Program-made: the position numbers and the translations under genes | Shown here: positions 25,321 through 38,372 of the stretch, one piece after another | Numbering within the stretch: the first letter of the stretch is position 1 | How the letters are laid out: every line of letters starts with the position of its first letter | Source: Eledone cirrhosa | Lineage: Eukaryota | Assembly: GCA_964016885.1 (NCBI GenBank) | Contig: OZ024762.1 | Location: 6,572,001 to 6,636,000, forward strand | Direction: 5' to 3' | Length of the DNA stretch: 64,000 nt | The notes under the pieces: generated by a model | Told to the model about the DNA's origin: nothing | The model's database searches: none | The model's input: only the letters and a program-made list of their open reading frames with translations

Positions 25321-26092
25321 TGCAGTAACACATTAGGTGCAGTAACACAATCTCTCTCTTTCATTTAATGTTAATTGGAAACTATGTCTGGTCTGCTATG
25401 CTTGCTTGCATGCATGTATGAATGAGATGGTTGAGTCATGTGTTGGGGAATGATGAAAGTGACTGAGCGAGAGGTATAGAGCCCGCGTTGAATGTTGTGA
25501 AGAGTGTATAGGGTGGGCTGGGTTTATACTAAAGTGGCATAAGCACTACCACTTTACAGACTGCACTGGGTTATTTTATTGTAGCACCAACAACAGTGGT
25601 TAATACCAACACTCACAGACACACAGAGTCACACACTGACATACATACATACACTGATGTACACACATACACACACACATACACTGACATACAAAACACA
25701 CACACACTGACATACAGACACACACAAATACACTGACATACAGAGACACACACACACACTGACACACAGAGACACACATAACACTGACCTACAGACACAT
25801 ATTCTAAGGGCTGAAGACATTCTCTGACACTGGTGATGGTGGTGGTGGTGGTGGTTGTAAGGTGAAGTGTGTGGTGATGGTGGTGGTGGTGGTGTCAGCC
25901 AAAAGAACCCCCATTCCCTCCTATCTCCACCCCGCCACTAAACTAAAAATAAACCTGGTGGTGTTTGTTGATGCAGGTATATTCTATGTACAGATATAGA
26001 ACATAATCATCTCCCCCACCTACCCCGTGCTCCGACCCCACCACTGACACTGGGTTTCACAAGTATTTGTGGCACTTTGTTATGCTACCATC

Positions 26093-26147
<55 letters not shown>

Positions 26148-26229
26148 CTAATAATAGATATATAATTAGAACTTAACCAAAGAACAGTAAACACCCTCCC
26201 CTCCTACCTGGCATACACTGAAACATAGA

Positions 26230-26780
26230 GTGGTGGTAGGGTGGTTGGTGTGGTGGTGGCGGAGTGGTAGTGGAGGCAGTGGTAGAGAGGGTGTGGTGGT
26301 GATGGTGGAGTGGTGAGGTGGTAGTGGTGGAGTGGTGAGGTGGTGATGGAGTGGAAGTGGTGGAGTGGAGGTGGTATAGTAGAGTGGTGGAGTTGAGGTA
26401 ATGGAAGAGGTAGAGTGGGGGTAGTAGTGGTGGAGTGGAAGTGGTTAAGTGGAGGTGGTAGTGATGGAGGTGTGGGAGTGGAGGTGGTGGTGGAGACAGA
26501 AGTGGAGGTGGTGGAGGCAAGAGTTAAGGTGGTAGTGGAGGCAGGAGTGGAGGTGGTGGTGGTAGTGGAGGTGGTGGTGGTAGTGGAGGTGGTGGTGGTG
26601 GTAGTGGAGATGGTGGTGGTGGTAGTGGAGGAGGTGCTGGTGGAGGTGGTGGTGGTGGAGGTGGTGGTGGTAGTGGAGGTGGTGGTGGTAGTGGAGGAGG
26701 TGGTGGTGGAGGCAGGAGTGGAGGTGGTGGTGGTAGTAGAGGTGGTGGTGGTAGTGGAGGTGCTGGTGGTAGTGGAGATG
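26230..26780. repeat. (GTG/GAG/GTA)n trinucleotide tract
   Basis: direct inspection. Confidence 0.95.
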
Positions 26781-26848
26781 TGAAGGAACATGTAATCATG
26801 AAACTACAAGACATTCTGTAAAAGTAAAAAAAGCAACACTGCCTTACA

Positions 26849-27076
26849 TTAACCCTTTAATGTTCAAACCGGCCAAAACCGGCCAGAATTCTCTACCTCT
26901 TTCTGTTGAAACCAGCTGTAACTGGTCGCTCAAACTGATGTTAAGGTATTGTTCTCAAAATAAAGACTTTCAAAATCTCATAGATTTGATATTATGTGAG
27001 ATAATTATGTGAGGTAAAGCCTTTACCATGAAAATATAATAGTATATATAGGGTAATGTAAATGCTAAAGGGTTAA
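26849..27076. mobile_element. piggyBac-like MITE bounded by TTAA
   Basis: TTAA-ccctttaatg ... tgctaaaggg-TTAA; the left 44 bp recur inverted at 28068-28111. Confidence 0.55.
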
Positions 27077-27210
27077 CAAAGTATTTACTTTAGTGGGTTG
27101 CAAATTTTCACAAAGATTTGTTTACAAGTAAAGATACTATAAACATTTGAATTAACAAATATATTTCTAGATAACACATCTGAATCAACAACACCCCAGA
27201 CACCATTCCC

Positions 27211-27434
27211 TTACCGAGTGAGGTGGAACTCATCAGACTGGACTGAGGAAACAATGATTCCATTGGTCTTTCCACTACTGATACTATCTACTTGTTGCTA
27301 CACCTGGCAGAAGTAGCAACGTGAAATAAAGTGTCTTGCTCAAGGACATAACATATTGCCCAGACCTGGAATTGAATCTCGTAATCTTAACATTGTGGAT
27401 CCATTTCTCGAAGCACTAAGGCATGTGCCTTCAC
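27211..27434 (-). mobile_element. tRNA-headed SINE (family D, CORE-like)
   Basis: gtgaaataaagtgtcttgctcaaggac plus head cactaaggcatgtgccttc; homologous to 34335-34570. Confidence 0.7.
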
Positions 27435-27726
27435 TAAATCATTACAGGATGTTAAAAACTAATAATAGCTAGTTTAAGGAATAAACAGTGTGTAAGTGTG
27501 CCAAGAATGATTCCAGAGTAATTTATTAGTAAATATAGGTATGATAGTTTCTTAGCACACAAACACAACACAACCGCTCTCTCTCTCTCTCTCTCTCTCT
27601 GTATATAAATACGGAGATAGATTGATAGAGAAAGAAAGGAATAACGATGTTTAGTAAATATAGGTGTGATGGATTTTTAGCACACAAACAACACAGCACA
27701 CGAATAAACAAATATATATATATATA

Positions 27727-28060
27727 CAGGGTGTGAACGATATTTGTTCGCAATTTTCAACTGCTAATTTTATGCAAATTTTTTTTACTTCAGTTGTTAC
27801 TCTTGTCTTCAAAAAAACAGTGACTATATTTCCATTATTTATTTTCAGAATAATTGATTATGAATAATTTTGAACCTCCAGATTTGTGGAAGAGACACGG
27901 AGTTCTTCTTGGAATCCACACCGGGAGGACAAATAAGGAAATTTCAGACTTTCTCAGCGTCAGCAGGAGAATGGTGGAAAAGGTCAGAAAGGAATATTGA
28001 AGATTCAGGATTCGACTACGAAACAACATCAGAGAGGAAAACACATGATCGACGATCTGA
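27727..28060 (+). mobile_element. Tc1/mariner-superfamily 5' end with N-terminal transposase HTH relic
   Basis: TA-cagggtg start; ATG at 27860 gives MNNFEPPDLWKRHGVLLGIHTGRTNKEISDFLSVSRRMVEKVRKE, then (frameshift) RKTHDRRSD. Confidence 0.6.
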
Positions 28061-28111
28061 CGCCTTCAGAATTCTGGCCGGTTTTGGCAGGTTTGAACAC
28101 TAAAGGGTTAA

Positions 28112-28348
28112 TATATAAAGCAGTTATGTTATTTGAAGCTTATGACAATGCAAAATGGACGGTAAATTTTGGAATAAAATAAAGGCAACAAATATGACGT
28201 TGTGTTACCTGTTATTTCATTTACCTATCCTAATATTTCAGGTTTAAAACCCTTCGTCAGAAGACTATAGTTGTTGCCTTCAATTTATTCCAAAATCTAC
28301 TGTCCACTTTGTCATTGTCATAGACTTCAGTTAACATACTGTTTGATA
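28112..28348. repeat. About 78-bp imperfect inverted repeat enclosing a hammerhead motif
   Basis: 28112-28189 vs 28272-28348 (tatgacaatg..aaa.tggac.gta.attttggaataaa...aaggcaaca shared). Confidence 0.75.
28227..28265 (-). ncRNA. Minimal hammerhead ribozyme motif
   Basis: minus strand gtctt-CTGACGA-agggttttaaacct-GAAA-ta-TT-aggat. Confidence 0.6.
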
Positions 28349-28781
28349 CACTAGCGTCTAACCCATGCTAGTGTGGAAGATGGACGTTAAACGAAGATGA
28401 TGATGATGATGACACTAACACAATGCTCCAAGCAAACTACAGTGCCAACTTTATGTTTCTTATACAAATAAAATAATTATGTTGGAAGAACTATAATTTA
28501 AATAAAGGCCCTTTAAAATTGGGGGTTTTGTTTCATAAAATCAGAGCTGAGGTCTGAGTTGACATCAAAAGGGTTAAAGAGGTCAAATAAAAGAAGAGGG
28601 GGGGGGGGGGGGGTCAGATGGATGGGGGTAGGGATGCAGGGCAACCATTCTATTTATTATAAATTGTTGGGTGTGTTATGATGGAGTGGGGAGAGGGGGG
28701 TGTAGCAACAGTAAAGGAAGGTTCCCATTGTTTTAATACACACACTATATACATATGTATATAAGTATGTATATGTGTGAA

Positions 28782-28822
<41 letters not shown>

Positions 28823-29127
28823 TAATATACTATATATATATATATATATATATATAGTTGTGTTTTTTTGGGGTAATTATTTTGCTGGGGTCTGAAAGAT
28901 TTCCAGAAACTTCCACCCTTCTTCCCAGGGAAAAATGCTGAAACAATAGAAAACAACAATAACAACAGTAATAACAACAAACATAACAAAAAGATGCAGA
29001 TGGCAATGTTGAAAGGGGCTGCTGGGGGGATGGGGGGGGGAGTATTTCTATTTCTAATGTGTCTGTATATCTGTTTGTTTTTATTTGCTTTCAATTAAGT
29101 AATTTACTTTGTGAAAGGTCAAAAAAC

Positions 29128-29207
<80 letters not shown>

Positions 29208-29437
29208 TGTATGTATGTATGTATGTATATATATATATATATATTGTGTGTGTGTGTGTATTATATATGTATGTGAGTGTGTATATATATGGTACAAACT
29301 TGACTTCATTCCTGCTTAGAGAGATAGATATATATATATATATATAGAGAGAGAGAGGGAGAGAGAGAGACGGAGAAAGAGAGAGAGAGAAGTAACAGAT
29401 TGACAGAATTACAAGGTTGGTTTGTTGTAATGAAAGC

Positions 29438-29593
29438 CACCACTACCACCATCACCACCATCACCACCATCACCATCACCACCACCATCACCATCACCAC
29501 CACCATCACCATCACCACCGCCGCCACCACCATCACCATCACCACCATCACCACCACCACCACCACCGCCATCACCACCACCACCACCACCAC
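29438..29593. repeat. (CAC/CAT)n tract
   Basis: direct inspection. Confidence 0.95.
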
Positions 29594-30138
29594 ATACCAG
29601 CCAGTAAAGTTGCTTGGTGACTTAATATGGAGGAGGAGGTGAAAGGTTAAAGGTAGTGAGTGAAATAGAGAAGAAGAAGAAGAAGAAGAAGAGTTAGTGT
29701 TGATTGATCCCCCTAAAAAAATCTGGACAGCAAGGGGCAGCAGGATTGGTTTACAATATGTGTTTCCTAAGCAGCGTGTGAACCAAAAGTTCACAGAGGT
29801 ACTCATTCACAAGTCAACTTCAGGCATTGTTGTCATTCACAGATGAAAGAGGGGTGCCACGATGCAGTAGGGTGGGCTGGGAGATAAGACAGAGAGGGGG
29901 GGGGGGTTATAGAGGGTTGCCATGGTGGAGTAGGGTGGTCTGGGAGATAAGACAGAGAGAGGGGGGCGGTTATTACATAGATACTCCTACTCACTCCAGA
30001 TTTCACAACAAAGCATGTTAACCCTTTTCTTACCTATTTCCAACGAAAGACACAGCCTAGAGATTTCAAATAATTTTAAAAATATTCAAGAATTCGGAGA
30101 TATTTAGTAATATAATAAATTCTCATTATTAAGCTCAA

Positions 30139-30328
30139 GAGGATTGGCAGTATTGGTAGAGAGTCAGATGCCATTCTTCGCAGCATAGAGTTACGGCACT
30201 TTACAGTCTAAGTTCAAATCCCGCCAAGGTTAACTTTACCTTTCGTCTTTACGGGGTCAATAAAATAAAGTACCAGTAATACACTGGATTAATTGCTGGC
30301 CTTGAGCCAAAACTCGAAACAATTATTA
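30139..30328 (+). mobile_element. SINE family B inserted in the TTAA-type MITE
   Basis: ggattggcagtattggtagag...agttcaaatcccgcc...; attattaag present on both flanks (possible TSD). Confidence 0.75.
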
Positions 30329-30556
30329 AGTAGGTGTTTGGAGTGTCACATAACAAAGGTTCTTATATAAAATCATTATAAAAGTTTTTTAGATAAATAT
30401 AATCACTTTAACCTTTTTGTTACCAAATTTTTTATGAAAGACACTGTCTATGGTTTTCAAAATAATCAAGAATTTGAAGAGAATTAGTAATATAACTAAT
30501 TTTCTCATTATTAAGCTGGTGTTTGGAGCATAAGAAAGTTTCTGACAAAATTACAA

Positions 30557-31444
30557 TAACCCTTTCATTACCATATTTCTAATGAAAGACACTACCTATG
30601 TTTAACCCTTTCATTAACATATTTCTAATGAAAGACACTGTCTATATTTAACTCTTTCAGTACCATATTTCTAATGAAAAATACTGCCTATGTTTTAACC
30701 CTTTCAGTACCATATTGCTAATGAAAGACACTACCTATGTTTAACCCTTTCATTACATCTAAACTATAATAAAGTAAGAAGCGTGGGACTGCGTACGGTT
30801 TATAAGTTTTTATCCCATTAGTAAAATAAATTGGATTACTTTGAATAAATAATGAATGAATATTACATAATTTATCTACTAAATTTTGTGGCTGTTTATT
30901 AAATATATTTTATTATTTATTTAAAGATTCATTTCTTTAAAATTTTCAAATGTCAACACTTCCGGTGGCGATCACTTAAATAAACATATTCATTTTCCGT
31001 CACTATTTTTCTCTTAATGCAGTTTATATATAATATCGTATTTTTTTAATGTATCATAGATTACGTTACTGATTACATAAGACACTGTAACACAGACTCT
31101 CTTCAATTTCTATGTATATTGTCAATCACGATTTTATTTGATGTATCATTTAGTATATTATTCTCGCAAGAATAATATACTAAATGATACATCAAATGAT
31201 GGGTGGTTTTCTGCTAGTATTTCTAATGAAAGACACTACCTATGTCTTTAACCCTTTTATTACCATATTTCTAATGAAAGATACTGTCTATGTTTAACCC
31301 TTACATTACCATATTTCTAATGAAAGACACTTTTATTACCTTATTTCTAATGAAAGATACTGTCTATGTTTAACCCTTACATTACCATATTTCTAATGAA
31401 AGACACTTTTATTACCTTATTTCTAATGAAAGATACTGCCTATG
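30557..31444. repeat. About 46-bp minisatellite (taaccctttcattaccatatttctaatgaaagacactacctatgtt), split by a Helitron
   Basis: units at 30557-30757 and 31218-31444; the unit equals the left end of the TTAA-type MITE. Confidence 0.9.
30758..31217 (+). mobile_element. Complete 460-bp non-autonomous Helitron
   Basis: 5' TC (tctaaactataataaag) and 3' CTAG, inserted between A and T without a TSD (cattacA|TC...CTAG|Tatttctaatg); subterminal hairpin present. Confidence 0.85.
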
Positions 31445-31865
31445 AGTTTCAAATAACGAACATAATCAAGAATCTGGATTTAGTAATATAACTAAACCTT
31501 CTCATTATTTAAGTTGTGTTCAGGATGGAGGATTAGCAGAGGATGGAGAGTGTCAGATAGAATGCCTTATAATGTTCATTCTGGTACTCTGCACTCTAAG
31601 TTCAATTCCTGCCAATTCAATACCACTGAGTTTCTAGACCTTCATGCAAAAATTGTTCTATAAAAGTCTGCCCTTGGCATTGCTCATATACTCTACAAAG
31701 TACTATCCATCTTAGGACTTTGAGCTCTGACAGACAGTAAAGATCCAGTAACCATATTTACTGTGCAAATACATCAAGAAAAACAACAATAATAAGGGTT
31801 TCTGATTTAGATACAAGGCCAACAATATTTTGGGAGAAGGGAAAGTCGATTAAATTGACCCCAGT

Positions 31866-32886
31866 TTTTGTCCATCTGGAAGTCTGGTCCAAACCAGACC
31901 CCGAGTAATCTAACTAGTTCAGTCCGTCTAGTGCCCGACAACACTGCTGGACTGCATGGACATGCCTCACCAGGTGCCGAGCTGCAGGACCACCGACTTT
32001 CCTAGTTGATTTTTTTCTCTTGTTACTGCTTCATACTCCCTGAGAGTGGCGCTGATCATCTCAATACATTTGATGTTCGACACCACTATGGTGACATTGT
32101 CGGCATATGCTGACACAGATTTCCCACATCCTAGTTCACACTGGATGCCTTTCAAAGTCTCCAATTTGTGTCATAATGGCTCGAGAGTCAATACATACAA
32201 AAAGGACAAGAGCGGACAGCTTTGGCAGGCTGAGCGCATAATGTTGAATGGTTCTGAAAGGTGACTGTTCACTCTAACCACAAAACAGATATTGCTGTGC
32301 ATGGCATCGATCCAGCTCCTGAAAACAAGTCTAAAGTCTGCTGCTTTGAGGACGGCTGCTAGATATTGATGGTTGACCCTATTGAAAGCCTTTGATTGAT
32401 CTAAATTGATCAGGGCCCCACCTGTGCCAGGTTCTTTAGCCACGTTCTCTATGATGTATCGCATGAGGTGGGGGTTGTCGGGGATAGACCTGTCCGGAAT
32501 GGCACATGTTTGCCCTTCCCCTACCAGACCACTGACAACAAGCATCGACCTCGTCCATTTCTGCTGCCAGTTGGCGTAGACATTCAATTGGATGTCACTG
32601 AATAAGTCTGGCATGTTTGTGTAAAGCTTGTAGGGTAGACCATCTAAGCCAAGAGATTTGCCCCTTGTGCAGTTAGCCATTGCGTCCCATATTTCCTCAG
32701 CAGTTATTGGTTTTTCGCAACACCCCGCCTGCCTTGCTGATAGCTGCGGTAGGTCATTGCAAGAGGCTCTGAAATCCATCCCTCGATCTCACCTGCCACT
32801 GCTCCTGAATATTTGAACGAAGTGTCACTGCAACACCTCACATATCTGCTTTGGATCAAGTACCATGCACCCGTTGGGGTCTGCAT
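31866..32886 (-). pseudogene. Tx1/L1-clade LINE reverse transcriptase relic
   Basis: KSLGLDGLPYKLY, QTCAIPDRSIPDN, LDQSKAFNRVNHQYL, SCPLLSFLYVLTLEPL and AYADNVTIVV in minus-strand ORFs 32171-32779 and 31967-32164. Confidence 0.85.
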
Positions 32887-33103
32887 AATGCCGTTTTCTT
32901 TCTAAGCCAAGTGTCACATCTCTTAAGAGAAAGCTAGGGAAGCGCGGTGGGAGTAAACAGGTTGGGTGGTTAAGTTAATCTACTGATACAATCTCAGTAT
33001 ATTACAGATACCTATCTTATTGACCTTGAATGTATGTGATTTCAAGTGAGGTAATTAGAAGTAAAAGTTCTCTTGAGTGAGACATTGGTGGTGTCTGTCT
33101 GTT

Positions 33104-33134
<31 letters not shown>

Positions 33135-33371
33135 AAGAGAGAAAGGAGCAAATAAAAGACTTTTAAATATAGATACACTTTGGTAATATAGTGTGTAGAT
33201 GTTAGTCTTCTCCCCCTCCCCCCACCCCTGGATGGAATGCCATCATAATATATGTCTTATCTAAAGTGATGATATATTTAATGTTGAGAATGAGCTTGAA
33301 AGATAACACCTGAAGCTTATTTTTTTTTTTTTGCCAAAACAATATATATATGTGTGTGTGTGTGTCTAATA

Positions 33372-33414
<43 letters not shown>

Positions 33415-33743
33415 AAAAATAAAAATTACACTTACAGAAAACTAGATTAAGTTGAAAAAGAGTCTACTACTACCACCACCACCACCACCACCACCATTAC
33501 TACTGCTGCTTGCTACCTCTCAATGTCAGCAGATTCCTTGCCTCCTTCGTGTGGTGTGGTGCTGTGCCAATTGTGGTTTAAAGAGCCAGTTCATAGAACA
33601 TCATAGAACGAAGACAGATGAGAAGTGAGCCAGGAGCTGATTAAAATCATTATTGTTACTTCTGATGATGTAGTAAATCTTCCAGAACTATCAAAGGATA
33701 CGGATACATCAACATTGAATCTCTCCTCCTTCAAGTAGCCATA

Positions 33744-34086
33744 CAGTGGAACCCCACTTCACAAACTTTATTCCTCAAGGCCATTCGTCACCAGAAATGT
33801 TTGTAAACCAAAACTATTTTTCCCATACAAAATATTGAGAGAGAAATACTGTAAGAGAGAGAGAGAGAGAGACTATGTGTGAAAGACAGATAGATATCAT
33901 CATAGTAACTAACTACAAGTGATGCTTTCCTACCGATACTCCCAGCTTGTTGTCAACTGTTGTGGCTGGCTTCTGAGTTCGTTTCTTTAGACACCGTTTG
34001 TGGACCGAGATGTTTTATGTTTGGAAAAATTGTTTGTGAACCGATTTGTTCATGATGAGAGGTGTTTGTGAAGTGAGGTTTCACTG
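33744..34086. mobile_element. pogo/Tigger-like MITE with 23-bp TIRs and TA TSD
   Basis: TA-cagtggaaccccacttcacaaac ... gtttgtgaagtgaggtttcactg-TA (2 mismatches). Confidence 0.85.
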
Positions 34087-34334
34087 TAGTTTATAATGGA
34101 TATCATATACGACCAGACTATGTTGTAACAGCTATATCACACAGGCAGAGACAAAGAATATCTTTCAAAGTTCAAACAGTTATGTATCACACAGGATATC
34201 ATAGACAAAATAGGAGGTGACTTGACAGAGTCGTTAGAACTTTGGATAGAGTACTTTGCAAGTATTCATTTCGATTCTCTGCTCTCTGAGTTCAAATCCC
34301 GCTGAGGATTGAAAAGTTCCTAGAACTCATTTGT

Positions 34335-34720
34335 TTACCGAGTGGGATGGAACTCATCAAATTGGACCAAGGAAACAATGTTTCCATTGGTCTTTCCATT
34401 GCTGATACTATCTACCGGTTGCAACTTCTGGCAGAAAGAGCAACGTGAAATGAAGAGTAATGTGAAATAAAGTGTCTTGCTCAAGGACATAAAACATCAC
34501 CCAGTCCGGAATGGGAATTGAACTCGCAACCTCACAATTGCGAATCTAATTCTCTAACCACTAAGTCATGTATGGCTTTCCATTGCTGATACTATCAACC
34601 AGTCGCAACTCCTGGCAGGAAGAGCAGTGAGAAATAAAGTGTCTCACTCAAAGACATAACACATCACGTGGTCTGGTCCAGGAATCGAACTCATAACCCC
34701 ACAATTGTGAATCCAATTCT
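34335..34720 (-). mobile_element. Two tandem SINE family D copies; the second is split by an RTE insertion (remainder at about 35425-35452)
   Basis: tttccattgctgatactatc...aaataaagtgtct..ctcaa.gacata duplicated; head remainder ttctctaaccactaagccatgcctcttc after the LINE. Confidence 0.7.
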
Positions 34721-35424
34721 TCTTCTTCTTAACTGGTTTCAACCTGGGCTGCAGCGAAAAAGTCTCCCCGCCACACATCTTGTTCCAACATCACCACATT
34801 GAGGTCTTGGATGCAGTCCGGGCCAGTGTCTTAGATCAGGTTGTCAATGTAAGTGTAACAGTGTTTTCCTCTCCTTATAACTCCATGAAATGGGTTCCAA
34901 AGAACTTCCAGTCCAAGGTGTTGCACACAATCATCAGATACGTAGAGCTATCTTTGCCTGATTTTTTTTCACTGACTTTTGGCAGGTCTCCATAAATGTA
35001 TTTATTTGTCATACGTTGCTGCCATTTCACATTAAGGGCCATTCATAGCAACTGTTTAGCCCACTTGTTAACTTCTCAGTCAGTGTCCATGTTTCACTGC
35101 CATACAAAAATATGGATTCAACAGTTGCAAGGAACAGTTTCATTTTAATCCTTCTAGGCAATTTGGGGTGCCACATTTTCTTTAGTTTGTGACAGGATGT
35201 CCATGTTTGCACCCTCCCCACTTTGTTACCTGCTTCAAGACTGTTCACCCAACTTCCTAGGTACCTGTTATTGACAGGTACCTGTTGGTTGACAGTCATA
35301 TAGTTGGTTTACCTGACATGTGTATATAGTCCAATGTTAGCAGATGATGTTTCTACATTTCTTAGCAGCTCCTGACAACAACACTACATCATCAGTCCAA
35401 GTCTGTGATGGTTACTGCTGGAAC
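34717..35424 (-). pseudogene. 5'-truncated RTE-type LINE (RT C-terminus) with (AAG)n tail
   Basis: RYLGSWV...LFLATVESIFLYGSETWTLT (35027-35299); minus-strand end MLEQDVWRG...* then aagaagaagaa. Confidence 0.8.
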
Positions 35425-35503
35425 TTCTCTAACCACTAAGCCATGCCTCTTCATATGTTACTATCTATTATTTATAATCTATGTCTGTTCCAGCTTCAGT
35501 TTG

Positions 35504-35832
35504 TTTCATTTTACGTCCGCTTTTTCCCTGCTTGCCAGGGTGGGACGGGAACTGATTCTGGCTTGATTTCTACAGCTGGATGCCCTTCCTAACACCAACC
35601 TCATTTACAGTGAGTGCTGGGTGCTTTTTTGCCGTGGCACCTACACGACCACTTTGCAGTGGAATGATAGGGACCCCAGTCCCTATCATCTCATTTCTAC
35701 AGCTGAGTAAACTGGAGCCATGTGAAATAAAGTGTCTTGCTCAAGGAAACAACACATCACTCGGTCTGAGAATTGAACTCACAACCTTTCGATTGCAAGG
35801 CCAATGCTCTAACCACTAAGCCATGTGCCTCC
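35504..35832 (-). mobile_element. SINE family A, near full length
   Basis: matches family A consensus. Confidence 0.9.
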
Positions 35833-36139
35833 TCAGTTGTCAGTTGTAAAAAGTAAAGTTGATTAGATGATAATGATGATGATGATAATAATGATGATGA
35901 TAATGATGATGATGATGATGATGATGATGACGATGATGATGATGCCACCGCTGATGACGGCGGTGTGTATATCTAATGAAGAAGAAAGACAACAACAGCC
36001 TGTGGTACCATGTCTGTAGATATTGCACCATGAAAGTAGGGTAAAGAAATTAAGGTAAAAACCATCAACTGTTTAACTACTTATTTTGATTAGAATCTCT
36101 AGAGTGGGGGCTGGGGGACGGGTATTGTGTTACATCGAT

Positions 36140-36645
36140 AACTGTGGTGGTATTGGTGGTATTGGTGGTGGTGGTGGTGGTGGTAGTTGTGGTGGTGATG
36201 GCAGTGGTGGTGGTATTAGCGGTAATTGTGCTAGTTATGGTTCTGGTGGTGGTTGTGGTAGTAGTAGTTATGGTGGTGGTAGTTGTGGTAGTAGTAGTTA
36301 TGGTGGTGGTAGTTATGGTGGTGGTAGTAGTAGTTATGGTGGTGGTAGTTATGGTGGTGGTAGTTGTGGTAGTAGTAGTTAAGGTGGTGGTAGTTGTGGT
36401 AGTAGTAGTTAAGGTGGTGGTAGTTGTGGTAGTAGTTAAGGTGGTGGTAATTGTGGTAGTAGTAGTTAAGGTGGTGATAGTTGTGGTAGTTATGGTGATG
36501 GTGTTGCTAGTGATTGTGATAGTTATGGTGGTGGTGGTGGTGATATAGTGGTGGTGGTAGTGCTAGTTGTGGTAGTTATTGTGATGGCAGTAGTGGTGGT
36601 TGTGGTAGTAGTAGTAATGGTGGTGGCGGCAGTGGTAGTAGTGAT
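36140..36645. repeat. (GGT/AGT)n tract
   Basis: direct inspection. Confidence 0.95.
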
Positions 36646-37390
36646 ACTACACTAATATAACCTCTCTTGTGTTGGGCAGTTAGATTCTTCAAATTATGGT
36701 GGAAGGTTTCTTTTTTTTTTTTTTATTTAAAAACCCCCAGACCCCTCACCCCCACCCCAGGGACATACAATTTTGGTGGTGATAAAAAATATGATAATAG
36801 TTCTGTGCTATCAGGGTGGAGTGGGAGCTAAACATGGTAATTAATTAACAAAGTAAACTGCTAATGAGCTAACACACCTATTCCACCACCAACACCACCA
36901 CCACCAGCAATGTTGCACCCTTAGATTAAATCTACATCAGCAGTACATTTCAGTGCATTCTTCGCTGGTGCAATGTTGGTGCATGTATTGGATTACTGAG
37001 CAATGAAATGGCATCTCTTCTGCATCTGCTGCACTGCAGTCTTCGTTTACATAGGTGATACACCAGCATTTCAGCTCATTAAATTTGGGGTCTTCCAAAA
37101 TTCTTTTGTTACACTGCCAAATATTCAACATTAATAGCAGAAATATGAATGCTGCGACATCCACATACATTAACACACACACACACATTAATATGTACAC
37201 ATCGACACACATTAATATGTACACATCAACACACATTAACACACACACACATTAATATGTACACATCAACACACATTAACACACACACATCAACATACAT
37301 ACCTCAACACATTATCACACACACATCGACACACAATAACATACACATTGATACTCATTATCACACACACCTAACCAATACCAGCTGGTT

Positions 37391-37456
<66 letters not shown>

Positions 37457-37500
37457 TAATTCAAAATATTAACAAAAATAGACATTCGTGTGATCAAGTA

Positions 37501-37567
37501 TATTTTATTATACATATTTCAGAGGTACTGAGCTATCTTCAACAGTACGTCCTCGTCAGATAAAATA
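37501..37567 (-). ncRNA. Minimal type-I hammerhead ribozyme motif
   Basis: minus strand tattttat-CTGACGA-ggacgtactg...cagtacctct-GAAA-tatgta-TA-ataaaata; perfect 8-bp stem I. Confidence 0.7.
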
Positions 37568-37768
37568 AGATGATGCATGACATACCCTGACTTAGTAGAT
37601 GGTTAAGATTCAGTCATGGTAGTGAATATGATATGACAGGACTCAATATTTATATACCTTAAGATTGAGACATGAAAAAATTTACATATAATACAGAGGG
37701 TGCGTGTGAGAAAATTGATTTATTCATTGAAAATTGATTTATTCATTGAACCTTGTTTAACCTTTAAA

Positions 37769-38235
37769 TATCATCATCATCATCATCATCATCATCAGGT
37801 TTAGCGTCCGTGTTCCACGCTTGCATGGGTTTGGACGGGGGTTTTCCCACTTGAGGCAAGAGTGGTTGTCTTGCTCGCATAGGACTGTCTGGCGGGTTTT
37901 CTACAGTTGGATGCCCTTCCTAACACCAACCACATTTACAGTGTGGGGCTGGGAGGTTTTTACCGTGTTGCCTACACGGCCACATTACAGCGTGGACTGT
38001 CTGGCGGGTTTTCTACAGCTGGATGCCCTTCCTAACACCAACCACATTTACAGTGTGGGGCTGGGAGGTTTTTACCGTGTTGCCTACACGGCCACATTTA
38101 CAGCGTGGACTGTGTGTTTTTTGTCGTGACACCTACACGATCTCATTTGTTTCGGCCTGGATGTTGTGGGACCAACATAACTTTACATTGAAAGGGGCGG
38201 TGTGGGTGGGGTGGAGGGTGGTGGGACGGGGGTGT
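37769..38235 (-). mobile_element. SINE-like family C with internal about 112-bp tandem duplication
   Basis: (CAT)n-ggtttagcgtccgtgttccacgcttgcatgggtttggacg...; ggactgtctggcgggttttctacag..ggatgcccttcc repeated twice; copies at 57662 and 61230. Confidence 0.8.
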
Positions 38236-38337
38236 GTTTTGATAGAGATGCCTACTGACTGTAGTAGGTTTTTACTTTGTATTTAGGTAAGGCGGGTCTT
38301 CTCTATTACTGAGTACCGCCAAAGGTCTCGGTCCAGT

Positions 38338-38372
<35 letters not shown>

